NCBI RefSeq assembly: GCF_009914755.1
Contig: NC_060933.1
Length of the DNA: 64,000 nucleotides
Reading direction: 5' to 3' (one strand)
DNA from: the human T2T-CHM13v2.0 reference genome, Homo sapiens
Position numbers and translations under genes: made by a program. Below the pieces are notes generated by a model that did no database searches, was not told the origin of the DNA, and saw only the letters and a list, made by a program, of their open reading frames with translations. Positions 18,084 through 31,629 of this stretch are shown here, piece by piece (positions within the stretch are counted from its first letter, which is position 1; the number at the start of each line of letters is the position of its first letter).

Positions 18084-19126
18084 TTCTTAGTTTCTTTATT
18101 GGCCCATTGGTAATTAATGAGTATATTATTTAACGTCTATTTATTTGAACAGTTTCCTAAACTCTTTTTACTGATTTCTAGTTTTACTCCATTGTAGTCA
18201 GAGAAGATGCCTGATATTATTTCAATTTTTTAAATGTTTTAGGACATTTTTGTGACATAACATGTGGTCTATACTTGAGAATGATTCATGTGCTGAGGGG
18301 AGGAATGTGTATTCTGAAGCCATTGGTTAAAATGATCTGTAAATGTTTATTAGTTCCATTTGGTCTTTAGTACAGATTAAACTTGATGTTTCTTCATTGA
18401 TTTTCTTTCTAGAAGATCTGTCCCATGTTGAATATGTGGTGTTGAAATCTCCAGCTATTATTTTATTGGGGCCTACATCTCTATTTAGCTCTAATAACTT
18501 TTGCTTTATATATCTGGGTGCTCCAGTGTTGGATGCATACATACTTAAAACTGTTATATCCTCTTGATTAATTGACTTATTTATCATTATATACTGGCAC
18601 TCTTTTTCTCTTTTTATAGTTTGTCTTGAAATCTATTTGGTATCACGAGTATAGCTACTCTCACTCTTTCTGGTTTCCATGGGCATATCTCTTTCCATTC
18701 CTTTATTTTCAGTCTATGGGTACCCTTATAGGTGAAGTGTGTTTCTTATAGGCAACAGATCATTGGGTCTTCTTTTTCTATCCATTTGACCACTCTGTTT
18801 TTTGATTGAAGAGCTTAGTCCACTTACATTCAATGTTACTATTGATAAGGAAGGACTTACTCCTGCCATTTTGTTTGTTGTTTTCTGTTTGTTTTCTGAT
18901 CTTCTCTTCCTTCTTTCTTCCCTTCCTGTCTTCTCTTTAGTTAAGGTAATTTTCTCCTGTGATATGATTTAGTTTTGTTCTTTTCATTTTTTGTTGATAC
19001 ATTATAAGTTTTTGGTTTGAGTTTACCATGAGGCTTGCAAATACTATCTTATAATATCTTATAACCCATTATTTTAAGCTGATAACAACTTCACATTGTT
19101 TGCATAAACAAACAAAAAGCAAACGA
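18084..19126 (-). mobile_element. L1MA-type element continued: ORF2 endonuclease domain and inter-ORF region
   Basis: Minus ORF 18327-18587 INQEDITVLSMYASNTGAPRYIKQ...IIAGDFNT. Confidence 0.88.
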
Positions 19127-19129
19127 ATA

Positions 19130-19390
19130 TAGACACAGGAAGAGAAGACCAAATACGGCATGTTCTCACTCATAAGTGGGAGTTGAACAATGAATACACA
19201 TGGACACAGGGAGGGGAATGACACATAACAGGGCCTGTTGGGGGGTGGCGGGTGAGGGGAGGGAACTTAGAGGACAAATTGATAGGTGCAGCAAACCACC
19301 ATGGCACATGTATACCTATGTATGTAACAAACCTGCATGTTCTGCACATGCATTCTATTATTTTTAGAAGAACTTTTTTTTTTTTAAAAA
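19130..19390 (+). mobile_element. L1PA (L1PA10-like) 3' end
   Basis: CATGTTCTCACTCATAAGTGGGAGTTGAACAATG...GGGAACTTAGAGGAC...TTTTTAGAAGAA terminus. Confidence 0.88.
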
Positions 19391-19500
19391 GGAGACTTGT
19401 AGAGGTACTACCTCAATTATCTTGGGCAATATCTGAAAGAATTCTCTGAATTACCAGGTAGAGACTCTTGTTCTCTTCCCTTAATTTCTCCCAAATGAAC

Positions 19501-19505
<5 letters not shown>

Positions 19506-19541
<36 letters not shown>
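19506..19541. repeat. (CT)n microsatellite
   Basis: About 18 CT units, seen directly. Confidence 0.95.
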
Positions 19542-19544
<3 letters not shown>

Positions 19545-19619
19545 CTGAACCACCTGGAGCTGGGGGGTGGTGTGACACAAGCAACCCTGTGGCCACCATG
19601 ACTAAGACTGTGCCAGGTC

Positions 19620-19980
<361 letters not shown>

Positions 19981-22559
19981 TCATTCCCTGACTATGGCCT
20001 GTGTTTGTTCAAGGTCCTGGGACTCTACAATCAGCAGGTGGCAATGTCAGGCAGGCCTGTGTCCTTCCATTCAGGATGGCAAGTTCCCCTAGGCCTCAAG
20101 AGTTTTTGGAGGTGCTGTCTGGGAGCCAGGGATTAGGATAAAATACATTAGAAGTCTACTTGGTGATCTATTTTACTGCAGATGATCTGGCACTCAAACC
20201 ATGAGACTCAGTCCTTCCCACTCTTCCCTCCCCTTTCCAAAGGCAGAGAACTCTCATCAACGGCCACCGCCACCACAGGCCCATGGGGACTACTGCCAGA
20301 CCATCATCAATGTTCCCTTAGGGCCCAAAGTCTCTTCAGCCAGATGTGGTGAATATTACCCGACTTGGGACTCATCTTTCAGGGCAGTGGGCTCCCCTCT
20401 GGCACAGGAGAGGTCCAGAAATGCAGTCCAATAGCCAAGTCCTAGAATCAAGGACCCCAAGTGTCCGCTTGGTGCTCTACCCCACTGTATCTTAGCTGGT
20501 ACCTAATGTGCAAGACAAAGTTCCCTTTGTTTTTCCTTCCACTTTTCTTAGGTGGAAGGAGTCTTGCCCCATAGACACCACAGCTGGGAACGTGCTGAGC
20601 CTCACCTGAAGCCAGCAAGTCTAAGAGTCTCACCCAAAGCCCTTAACATAGTACTAAGTATCACTGCTGATCACTCGGGGCCCAGGAACTCCTCAATTAT
20701 CAGGCGATATATCCTGCCAGGACTGGGTCATTGCCTTCAAGGCATCAAGTATCCTTCTGCCCCTGGGTGTGTCTAGAAATGTCATCCAAGAGCTAGGGCC
20801 TGGAAAGGGGACCTTATTACCCTGACTGGCACCTTATCCTACTGCGGCTGAGCTGGTATCCAAGATGCAAAACAAAGTCTTCACCACCTTTCCCTCTATT
20901 CTCCTCCAGTGGAGATAAGAAGTCTCTTTTGGAGCCACAAGCCATGCAGCCTGGGGTCAGGGGAGGGGTGATGACAGCAATCCCTTAGCTGACCTAACTA
21001 GTGTCTCAGTATGGCACATGTACACTGTCTCTGTGCCCAGTTCAGCACTAGGACTCACCTAGAAGTTGTAGTCCTTGTGGCCTAGACTGCCTTTCAAGTT
21101 TATTTAGAGCTCCAGAGCACTTTGGCCTGCAGCTGCTGAGACTTGGGGAGACTACCATCATTGTAGTACCTCTGCAGCTGCTGCAAGTCTTGCAGATCCT
21201 CAAGTTCGGACCACTGGGATCAGCAATTTCCCTCTGGCTAGGGATGGTTTAAATGGTCCCTCCATGGTTAGTTATCAGCTGAGTTTGGTCTAGTTTTGTT
21301 TTCTGTTATGATAGGGCAGCACTGAGTTCAATGCCTTAAAATTGGTGTGCTTTCCTCTCCCCAGCACACAGAAACACTCCATGCATAAAGCTGCAGCTGC
21401 TGGGGAATGGGGGAGGGATAGCATTGGTGACTCCAGACTATTTTGCTTACCTCTTCAGTGCCTCTTTCAGCAATATAAAGTTAAAACCACGTACTTTGAG
21501 TGCTCACTTGATTTTTGGTTCTTATGAAGGCGCATTGTTTTGTGTTTATGTAGATAGTTGTTAAATTGGTGTCCTTGTCAGGGAAGAGAATAATCAGTAG
21601 AGACTCCCATTCTCCCATCTTTCTCCTAGATCTCAGTAGTCAATTTAAAGTAGGCTTAATTGTTTAAGTGATCAATCCACTAGGGAAATCTTTTGGAGGG
21701 ATATAGTTATTTTTCTCTATATCAACATTTAAATTGGTAGACAGGAGAAAATGATTATTAGGGAACTAATGACATCCTTTACATACAATTGCAAAAGCAG
21801 TGTGTGATAATAAAGAGTATTTATTTTATATTAATGAATGATTTAAATATTTGACAACTAATATATATTTACCAACAATAAGATGAAAGAAAAACAGAAA
21901 ATAGGATGTAAAAGACAGTGTTCATAAAAATAATTATTGCCATCATCCTAATAGAAGGTCTTGTATATTATGCTTGGAATTTGCAGTAACCATTCTATTA
22001 CATGCCCTACTTTTATAGATACCTCTCTTCTTTCCTTCTCAAATCAGTCTGTCATAAAGTCCCTGGATTAATTCAGCCTAAAGCATTTTTGACATTTCTT
22101 AAGTTTATTTGTCATTAGTTTGGCTTGAAATTTAAATGATTTTGCAATCTGGTCTCAATTTGCTTTTCAATTTTTCTCTATATTCTCCTTATGTAAGTTA
22201 CAGTTTTCCTCCTGTCTTTAAATCATATTTCACACTCTAGTTTTTATCCATGCATAAGGCTTTACCTATTACTTCCATAACATTTCCTTATACATTTCAG
22301 GCAAATATTTTGGTACTTGGCTTGATCCTCCAGGGAACATTTATTTGAAATTATATGTCATTTAGCATATTTTGCTTTTTGCTTTGCGCCTTTTAAAAAG
22401 TTATTAACAACTTTACTACTCCTACTGTTTAAATTCTGGAAGAATAGGTTATAAGTGGGGTTATAATGACTTTTGCATTTCTCTATCTTAATACTGTACA
22501 CATAATCACTAGATTTACACACATATACAAACATATATAATTTATTTGCTTTGCAAAAA

Positions 22560-22705
22560 TTTGGTCTTTACATTCCCACCAGATTGCAAGCTTCCTGAAT
22601 GCAAAGAGTTGAACTGCCTTGTTCACAGTTATATACCTGGCCGCTATAAGCATATCCAGGATATCCTGTGTTCAATAAATAATTGATAAATGAATACATG
22701 AATAT
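22560..22705 (+). mobile_element. L2 3' end remnant
   Basis: CCCACCAGATTGCAAGCTTCCTGAATGCA...TGTTCACAG...TCAATAAATAATTGATAAATGAAT, a typical L2 tail. Confidence 0.7.
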
Positions 22706-23247
22706 GAGTAATCACAAATGAATGTTAAAGGTAATATATTGACTGGATTCATTCTTATATTGAAAAATGCAACGTATAATCACATATTATTAGCTTATAA
22801 TTTCTGAAATTTAATGGACAAGACCACCTTTCTTTTCATTGAGGAATACATGTTTCTAATAATTTTAGACTCTAATGTCTAATAATTTTAGATTCTAATG
22901 TCAAGTAAGACATAAGAATTAGATCACTGAAGACATGACATTTTCTGTATTTTATAGTCTACTTGTATTTCTAATAGCAATTATAAAGAATCACGAAGTA
23001 AATATCAATATGGAATCTTTAGGTATAGATGCTACATCATTTTTATTGCATGCCTACAAGATGAACAAAAAAAACCCATTGAAATGGTTAAAATTATAAA
23101 GGGCCAAATGAGCAAAAATATTTCCACATAGATGATTTACAACTAGATAAAAAAAAATTTAGGCCCCATTAAAAGACCTGGAGGCTTGCTTTTAGAGAAA
23201 AAAGTAGTATTTCTAAGACGATATGCCACAATTTTCACGGTTTCTTT

Positions 23248-25130
23248 CTTTTTTTTTTTATTATACTTTAAGTTCCGGGATATATGTGCAGAACATGCAG
23301 GTTTGTTACATAGGTATACATGTGCCATGGTGGTTTGCTGCACTCATCAACCCATCATCTACATTAGGTATTTGTTCTAATGCTCTCCCTCTCCTAGTCC
23401 CACACCCCACAACAGGCCCCAGTGTGTGATGTTCCCCTCCCTGTGTCCATGTGTTCTCATTGTTCAACTCCCACTTATGAGTGAGAACATGCAGTGTTTG
23501 GTTTTCTGTTCCTGTGTTAGTTTGCTGAGAATGATGGTTTCCAGCTTCATCTATGTCCCTGCAAAGGATGTGAACTCATTGTTTTTTATGGCTGCATAGT
23601 ATTCCATCGTGTACATGTGCCACATTGTCTTTATCCAGTCTATCATTGATGGGCATTTGGGTTGATTCCAAGTTTTGCTACTAGGAACAGCGCCACAATA
23701 AATATGTGTGTGTATGTGTCTTTATAGTAGAATAATTTATAATCTTTTGGGTATATACCCAGTAATGGGATGGCTGGGTCAAATGGTATTACTGGTTCTA
23801 GATCCTTAAGAATTGCCACACAGTCTTCCACAATGGTTGAACTAATTTACTCCCCCCACCAACAGTGTAAAAGTGTTCCTATTTTTTCACATCCCCTCCA
23901 GCATCTGTTGTTTCCTGACTTTTTAATGATTGCCATTCTAGCTGGCATGAGATGGTATCTCATTGTGGTTTTGATTTGCATCTCTCTGGTGACCAGGGAT
24001 GATTAGCTTTTTTTCATATGTTTATTGGCCACATAAATGTCTTTTTTTGAGAAATGTCTGTTCATATCCTTTGCCCAGTTTTTGATGGGGTTATTTGTCT
24101 TTTTCTTGTAAATTTGTTTACATTCCTTGTAGATTCTGGATATTAGCCCTTTGTCAGACGGATAGATGGCAAAAATTTTCTCACATTCTGTAGGTTGCCT
24201 GTTCACTCTGATGAGACTTTCTTTTGATGTGCAGAAGCTCTTTACTTTAATTAGATCCCATTTGTCAATTTTGGCTTTTGTTGCCATTGCTTTTGGTGTT
24301 ATTCATGAAGTCTATGCCCATGTCTATGTCCTGAGTGGTATTGCCTAGACTTTCTTTCAGGGTTTTTATGGCTGTAGGTCTTACGTTTAAATCTCAGCCC
24401 TAAATCTCGTTAAGCAGATAAGCAACTTAAGCAAGGTCTCAGGATACAAAATCAATGTGCAAAAATCACAAGCATTCCTACACACAAATAATAGACAAAT
24501 AGCCACATAATAAGAGAACTCCCATTCACAATTGCTACAAATAGAATACAATACCTAGGAATACAACTTACAAGAGATGTGAGGGACCTGTTCAAGGAGA
24601 ACTTCAAACCCCTGCTGACGGAAATAAGAGAGCACAGAAACAAATGGAAAATCATCTCATGCTTATGGATAGGAATAATCAATATCGTGAAAATGGGCAT
24701 ACTACCTAAAGTAATTTTTGGATTCAATGCTATCCCCATCAAGCTACCATTGACTTTCTTCACAGAATTAGAAAAAACTACACTAATTTCACATGGAACC
24801 AAAAAAAGAACCTGTATAGCCATAACAATCCTAAGCAAAAAGAACAAAGCTGGAGGCATCACCCTACCTGAATTCAAACTATACTACAAGCCTACAGTAA
24901 ACAAAACAGCATGGTACTGGTACCAAAACAGATATATAGACCAATGGAACAGAACAGAGGCCTCAGAAATAATGCCACACATCTACAACTATGTGACCTT
25001 TGACAAACCTGACAGAAACAAGCAATGGGGAAAGGATTCCCTATGTAATAAATGGTGTTGGGAAAATTGGCTAGCCATATGCAGAAAACTGAAACTGGAC
25101 CCCTTCCTTACACCTTATACAAAAATTAAT
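23248..25130 (-). mobile_element. L1PA7-like element with 5' inversion
   Basis: Poly(T), 3'UTR and ORF2 on minus at 23248-24391; inverted ORF2 piece on plus at 24391-25130 (ORF 24579-25184); TSD CACGGTTTCTTT / CAGGGTTTCTTT. Confidence 0.95.
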
Positions 25131-25949
25131 ACAGGGTTTCTTTTAATAACACTTGGTCAATTGTTGAGGACTGTGTTTGCCTAATACCACATAACATCAA
25201 ACACTCCTATTCTTATATTTTCATTTTCTAAAGCTTTAAAGTTTGGAAATTTATAAAGTTAAAAATAAGATTTCCCCCATAGAATAGATTCATATGTAAC
25301 ATCTTTTCACTTCTCCCAAGACTCTCAACTCTTTAACTGTAATTTAAGTGTGCCATACACACACAAATACACCTTTTACCTAGAATACTATTAATTATAC
25401 CTAATAACTATGATCTGTTTAAGTTACATGAACTAATACAGCAATTATGGCTAAATACAACTAGCAAGTGAAGGTAGATGATGCCATATCTATTTGACAT
25501 ACTGTATTCAACATTAATCTTTATGTTTCTTATCTTAGCATAAATTTGTATACCAGATGCCTTCTTGTAATTAACACGCTGGGATTTGTGAGCAGTAGAT
25601 TTTGCTGGTAACAAACTCCATCAAGTCGACATCTGTGATTTATACCTCCAACTCCTTTTCAATATATTTACATAATCAGTTCAATTTAAGCCCAGATTAT
25701 ACATTCTTCTTACATTTTTATAAGCAATATCCTCTAAAGATAGTTTAAAAGTAAATCAAGGTAAAATTTAATTCTTTCTTCTTTTCTAATCAAAACACTT
25801 ATCATGAACATATAATCAAATTCTCTGATTACATGCATTTCTATTTTAAAAGAAAAAATAGGTGATTTTCTTCTGATAAATATATATAAGATCATTTACT
25901 CTAATTTCTGTCAACACAATCATATCCACATCATTATATGTACATAGCT

Positions 25950-26075
25950 TTATAAGCATTTTAACAGTATTGGCCTCATATTGTTCTTTGGAATTATGCC
26001 TAGATGCTATTAGTCTCATTTAACTACTAAGGAAATTGAGTTTCAAGAGGTCAGATGACTTGATTAAGATGGTTT
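25950..26075 (-). mobile_element. MIR remnant
   Basis: TCTCATTTAACTACTAAGGAAATTGAGTTTCAAGAGGTCAGATGACTTG resembles the reverse MIR core. Confidence 0.55.
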
Positions 26076-28039
26076 AAATTCCAGCATTATAATTTTTTTG
26101 TTTTGTTTACCTGCTGTATGTAAGGGAAGATTTTAGGTCTTTTCTCTCAGTCTGGGGCTTTTTTTTTTTCACTCTAACAAATTGTTTTTAAACACAGGTA
26201 ATTGTAAAACTTAAAAAAATTTTCTATTACGGTACAAATGTAAGATGTTATTTAATATAAAAATTTTACAGATGAATCTGATTATTTATAAGATATATTA
26301 ATCATAGTATATTTAATGTCAGTTTCAGATACTGTATATTAAGATAGAATTGTTTTGATATAATTTTATTCCTAAAAATTCTAGTATTGGGCAAATTATA
26401 GCATATAATGTATTGTAAAAATTCTAGAAGATGCATTTGACATATTGTTGACATACAGATTTGGTAATCAAATGTATTGTTGCCATATCATCACTAAAAA
26501 TCTGTCTTAACATAAGAATATTGCTGATAATTTTATGTCGTGCTCAAGGTAAATAATTGATCAAATGTGAACTACATTTTCACATTTATCACATGATTTT
26601 TATTTTATCACATGATAAAATGTGAACTAAAGGAATACATATCCTTTAATAGGAAAGAAGTTTATTTGTCACCTATGCCCTAGTTTCTCAATGTTGTACA
26701 ATCACAAAGAGAATAAGAGAGAGAAATGGAGTAGAGTTATCAGAAATCAGTAAGAGTGTGTTAGAATTAAAGGAGTGCACTTGGGTACTCTACTGATGAA
26801 ACATCTCTTTTCCACAAAGTCAAGTCAGAAATCACTCAGACTTGAGAGACATAAGGAAAGACTGGAGCTTAAATAGAAAATCCACTTCACTCAAATCCTG
26901 ATTTTACAATTGTTCTGCTGTTAAGAGAGGAATCTGGGCTTCCAGATGTCAGCTGATGGTGATAATATTTCTCACCTAAAATGAATCCTCATTCACCTTT
27001 TATTATTCTCCTATAGGAATTTGTTCTGCCTAGAATTATCCTCTCTGATAATAATGTCTGATAACTCTAACAGCTTTTACTATGTACTATTCACTGTTTT
27101 AGGTGTCTTATATTCATTGTCTCATGTAAGTTTTGGCAGTTATATAATTGAGCTAAAAATTTCAGTAAGGATAAAAGAGGAAAATATTCTAATATATTTA
27201 ATACATAATTCCTAAGTGGAAACATAGAGACTGTATGAAACATTGTAAGCTATAAATACACAATTTAATAATAAATGCTAAGAAACAACATGATTGCTGG
27301 TATGGAGCATTTAAAATGTGAAACATTTAAATGTAAAAAATTATTACTTAATGGTATATGTTACATAGAATCTGTAGTCTATTTTATTTAGCCAGTTAAA
27401 TTTACTGATTGGGAGGAATAAATTGTATTTTACTACCATATAGAGAAATACAAATTGGCTGAGTTTTTACATTATCAAAGTTGTATTTAGTATTGCATGT
27501 GTTTCATAACATCAATGATATGTTTTATGAAAAGCATTTGATCAAGGTTATTAAATATTTTTAAATTATTGTATTATTAATCTAGAGTAACTGCCCATAA
27601 TATATATTACTATTTCAATATGTAGAAACAAAACCATAATTTCATAATATTTTAACATTAAAAAACAGCCTTAGTTTAATTATTAGTGATGGCTATAATA
27701 TAAAAAATGTATTTAATGCAGACCTAATTTAGGGTATTGTTATCTTCGAATTTTTGTAAGAGCACTTGAAGCTATTACCAGAACTGCCAGTTAAGACAAA
27801 AACACATTTAAGTACAGAAAGATAAAATTTTCTGGATATTCACTACTAACACTCTGGCATTTTTCGAACATCAGGCAAAGATATATAAGCCCTACTTTAT
27901 ATAATAAAACAGGAACAAATGTATTAAATTTATTAAATCATTTATTTATTAAACTATTTAGCAGCTAATTTATTAAATCTATTTGTTTTTGAACTAAGAA
28001 TATTTGACATTTGCAACATTAATATTTTAAAAACCTGCT

Positions 28040-28844
28040 TTAAGTTCTGTGAGAAATCTCCAAACTGGTTTCTACAATAGCTGAAATAATTTACATTCCC
28101 ACCAACAGTGTATTAGCCTTCCCTTTTCTCTGCAGCCTCACCAACATCTGTTCTTTTTTGACTTTTGAATAATAGCCATTCTGACTGGTGTAAGATAGTA
28201 ACTCATTGTGGTTTTAATTTGCATTTCTCTGATAATTAGTGATGTTGAGCATTTTTGCATATGCTTATTGGCTGCTTGTATATCTTCTTTTGAGAGGTGT
28301 GTGTTCAGGTACTTTGCCCACACTTTAACGGGGTTATGTGATTTTTGCTTGTTGAACTGCCTAAGTTCCCTATAGATTCTGGATATTAGACCTTTGTCAG
28401 ATGCATAGTTTGCAAGTATTTTCTCCCATTCTGTAGACTGTCTGTTTACTTTGTTGATAGTTTATTTTTCTGTGCAGAAGCATGAAATACTACACAGCCA
28501 TAAAAAAGAATGGAATAATGTCCTTTGCACCAACATGGATGCAGATGGTGGCCATAATCCTAAGTGAATTATCACAGGAATATAAAACCAAATACCTTAT
28601 GTTCTTACTTATAAATAGGAGCTAAACACTGGGCACACATGGACATAAACTTGGGAACAACAGATGCTGCAGGCTAATAGAGGGTGGAGGGAGGAATGGG
28701 GGCGTGGGGCAAAAACTACCTTACTAGTACTATGCTCACCACCTGAGTGATGAGATCCATACCCCTAACTTCAGCATCATGCAACATACTCATGCGGTAA
28801 ACCTGTACCTGTATCCCTGTATCTAAAATTAAAGTTGAATTTTA
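28040..28844 (+). mobile_element. L1PA15/16-like element with 5' inversion
   Basis: Inverted ORF2 piece at 28040-28480 (minus ORF 28138-28323), then plus-strand 3' end at 28481-28844 ending ATCTAAAATTAAAGTTGAA; flanks AAAAACCTGC / AAAAACTTGC. Confidence 0.88.
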
Positions 28845-28892
28845 AAAAACTTGCATTATTTCTGTATCTTTTATCACGTGACATATACATGT

Positions 28893-29015
28893 ATACTAGA
28901 TTGTAAGCTCCATAAATCAAGGGCATGCCTGTCTCTTCTAACCATGTACTCTCAGCCTTTAATACATTGTTTGGTACACAGTTCATGCTCAAGAAATCTA
29001 ATTTAATGAATGATT
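28893..29015 (+). mobile_element. L2 3' end remnant
   Basis: ACTAGATTGTAAGCTCCAT...GCTCAAGAAAT...AATGAATGA. Confidence 0.7.
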
Positions 29016-30463
29016 GCAGGAGGTTAGTCATCTGGTTTTCAGACATATATAAATGTAGTTCAAACATGTATTTTATTTGCGCATTTAAAAGTCTATAATT
29101 GAAGTTAGTTTTTAGAATATTCTTTAATGTTTTATGGTGCAAGGATTAATCTTATTTTTATAATAAATGCAATGGCGGATATGCTAAATTATTTTGAAAT
29201 TTTCAGCAAATTTATTGTTGAGAATATAAAATTATGTTTAAAAAGAAAAGAATATGAATAATGTGTGTATATACTTAACTATGTAATATATATTTACGAA
29301 TGAAAGATTTGCTATTATGTTTATCTTCTACTTTTATTCTAAAATTAACGTTTATTGTTTTATAAAAATATCCACAGTCTTCTGACTATAAAAAACAGTA
29401 TTAATAGTAAACAAAATATTTAAAAATGTGATAGGAGAACTTTTATGTACCATACACTGGATTGCTTATCTAGTCTGTTGGTTAATAGCTGGACTTTTTA
29501 TTATTAGCTTCACATTAAAAGATTAGCTAAAAGAAGGTCATGACTTCAGTTAACAGAAATATTGCTCATGTTTTGCTTGCTTCATGCATAATTTATAATC
29601 TATTTGAACCAAATGAGCTGCAGAGCAATATTACAATTAACATTCAGCTCTTCCATGGATTTGGTTGAACTCCCTTTAGGATACTGTTTGTAATGAGTAG
29701 CAAGACATGACATGCTACCTAACATGCCACCACGGATTCTGATGCTTAGCTTTTTAAAGAAAGGAGTCTCAATACATTAAAATGAAGTTATGACTTCCTC
29801 CTAAGGGCCTAGAAGGTGAACAAAACAATCAAGTTACAGGAGAGAAAAGGTTATCTTAAAAATAATCTGAATTTATAATTGATAAGCAATATGAAACACA
29901 GTATTTTTGTTTGCATACCAAAAAAATTAACTGTTAGCTTTATTGGCACTAATAATTATCCTATCATTTGCTTCATGTCAATTGGTTATACCACATTAAA
30001 GGAAGGCTTCCTTGCACCTGGGTCAAAACAGGTCACATCAAATTTCTCTTTTATTTCAAATATCTCCTCAAATCTGTAAACAGAATGACAAAGAAAACTT
30101 ACTTTTAAGATATACGCATTTTTGTATGAACCAACATTTTCAGTAATTTGACTATAATAGATATCTTATAGCCTGAGACACAAAAAAAAGGTAAGAACTA
30201 TTGGTGTTGTATATTATAAATAGCAATTAAGGTAAAATTTTCACACCAATAAACTTATAAGAAAAAAAGACTTAAAACCTTCTTGAATATCTATTCCCTC
30301 AGCAAAAGTTGGGGCAACTTTATATCTCAGTTAATGTTACATTTGTTACCAAAGAAAATTCAACAAGATTCAAGTATTTAAGCTGAACTGTCTGCCCAGC
30401 TACCACTAGATTTATCCTTCTGTACACATACCAAGCTTGAGGTTTTTAAAATGAGAAGGTCCT

Positions 30464-30556
30464 CATTGTTCAACTCCCACTTATGTGTGAGAACATGCAG
30501 TGTTTGGTTTTCTGTTCTTGTGTTAGTTTGCCCAGAACTTAATGTATAATAAAAAA
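30464..30556 (+). mobile_element. ~95-bp L1PA insertion with 5' inversion
   Basis: About 68 nt of antisense L1 joined to CCCAGAACTTAATGTATAATAAAAAA (sense L1 terminus); flanks AAATGAGAAGGTCCT / AAAAGAGAAAGTCCT. Confidence 0.85.
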
Positions 30557-31482
30557 GAGAAAGTCCTTACTAAACTCGATAGATTATTATTACTAGGGAT
30601 AAACAAAGACCATATATTCAACCTGCCACCATCTTTTTTGTATCTGCCCAAAACATCTTAAAATCTCTTACCATCAATCATACCGGACAGTTCATGTTTT
30701 CCTGAAAAATGTCTACATTATTAACTGTTTGTGAGGCTGCTGTCAAATGTGACTAATGAAAATGTTTGAAAAGCATTTTTAAATGTGTGTGATTAATCAA
30801 ATCCTATATGGCTGCTCTGCAATTTCTAAATAGATATGAACTTGTTTCTAAATTTATGCACAAGCCACCAGAATTAAAGGTGTAATCAAATCCCAGATGT
30901 GAATCCATTCTGAGGTCTTATTTTCAAACTAAATTTGTAGGTTTCTCCTCTTCCCTTGATTTAAGACCACCATGTCCCACATTAAGTTTCTTATCATTAT
31001 TTTTCCACTATCCAAAAACTTTTTCATAATATTTATTGTCATGTGCCAAAGAGTGGAATTTTATTTTTCAAGTAGTTATCCTACCAGGTTATAGATATAT
31101 CTTTTTAAAAAAATGTTAATTTTAAAAAATTACAAAATTTGCTTTCAGAAGCAGAGATTCCTGGAGGATGGATGAAAAGTCTCATAATTAGCTTTAGAGT
31201 ATTGCCTGTGCCAGCTTTCTTTCTCTGTCCCCAAACCAAATATCTTTATAAGACCATGACCTTTTTCCAATATTGGATATTGGAATATTTTTCTATTTTA
31301 AATCATCAAATATATACATTTCTACTAACGGATTTCTCCCATAAGAAGCTATGGCTTCAATAATACATTTATTTAGTACTTCTAGTTACAACTTTCATGC
31401 ATATGTATTACATTTGGTTCTTGCAAGCATTCTGTAGGTCAGTAAACTAACTTTCTGTAAGAAAATGCATTCAAAGATGGCC

Positions 31483-31627
31483 TATCCCTGAAACTATTAA
31501 CTCCTTGAAGGCCACAGACTTCATTCAGAACCTGAAAAAAAATGCATACTCTTTTTCCAAGAAAAACACAAGAATATATAAAAATGCATACAGATTTGAA
31601 GTTTCAGAGGGTTCATGGACAACCTTG
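31483..31627. mobile_element. MER103-like hAT fossil
   Basis: CCAAGAAAAACACAAG...TGCATACAGATTTGAAGTTTCAGAGGGTTCATGGAC resembles the MER103 consensus from memory. Confidence 0.5.
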
Positions 31628-31629
31628 AT

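Noticed and set aside
22855-22902. ~24-bp imperfect tandem duplication
   Set aside because: Ordinary slippage-type duplication in AT-rich DNA.
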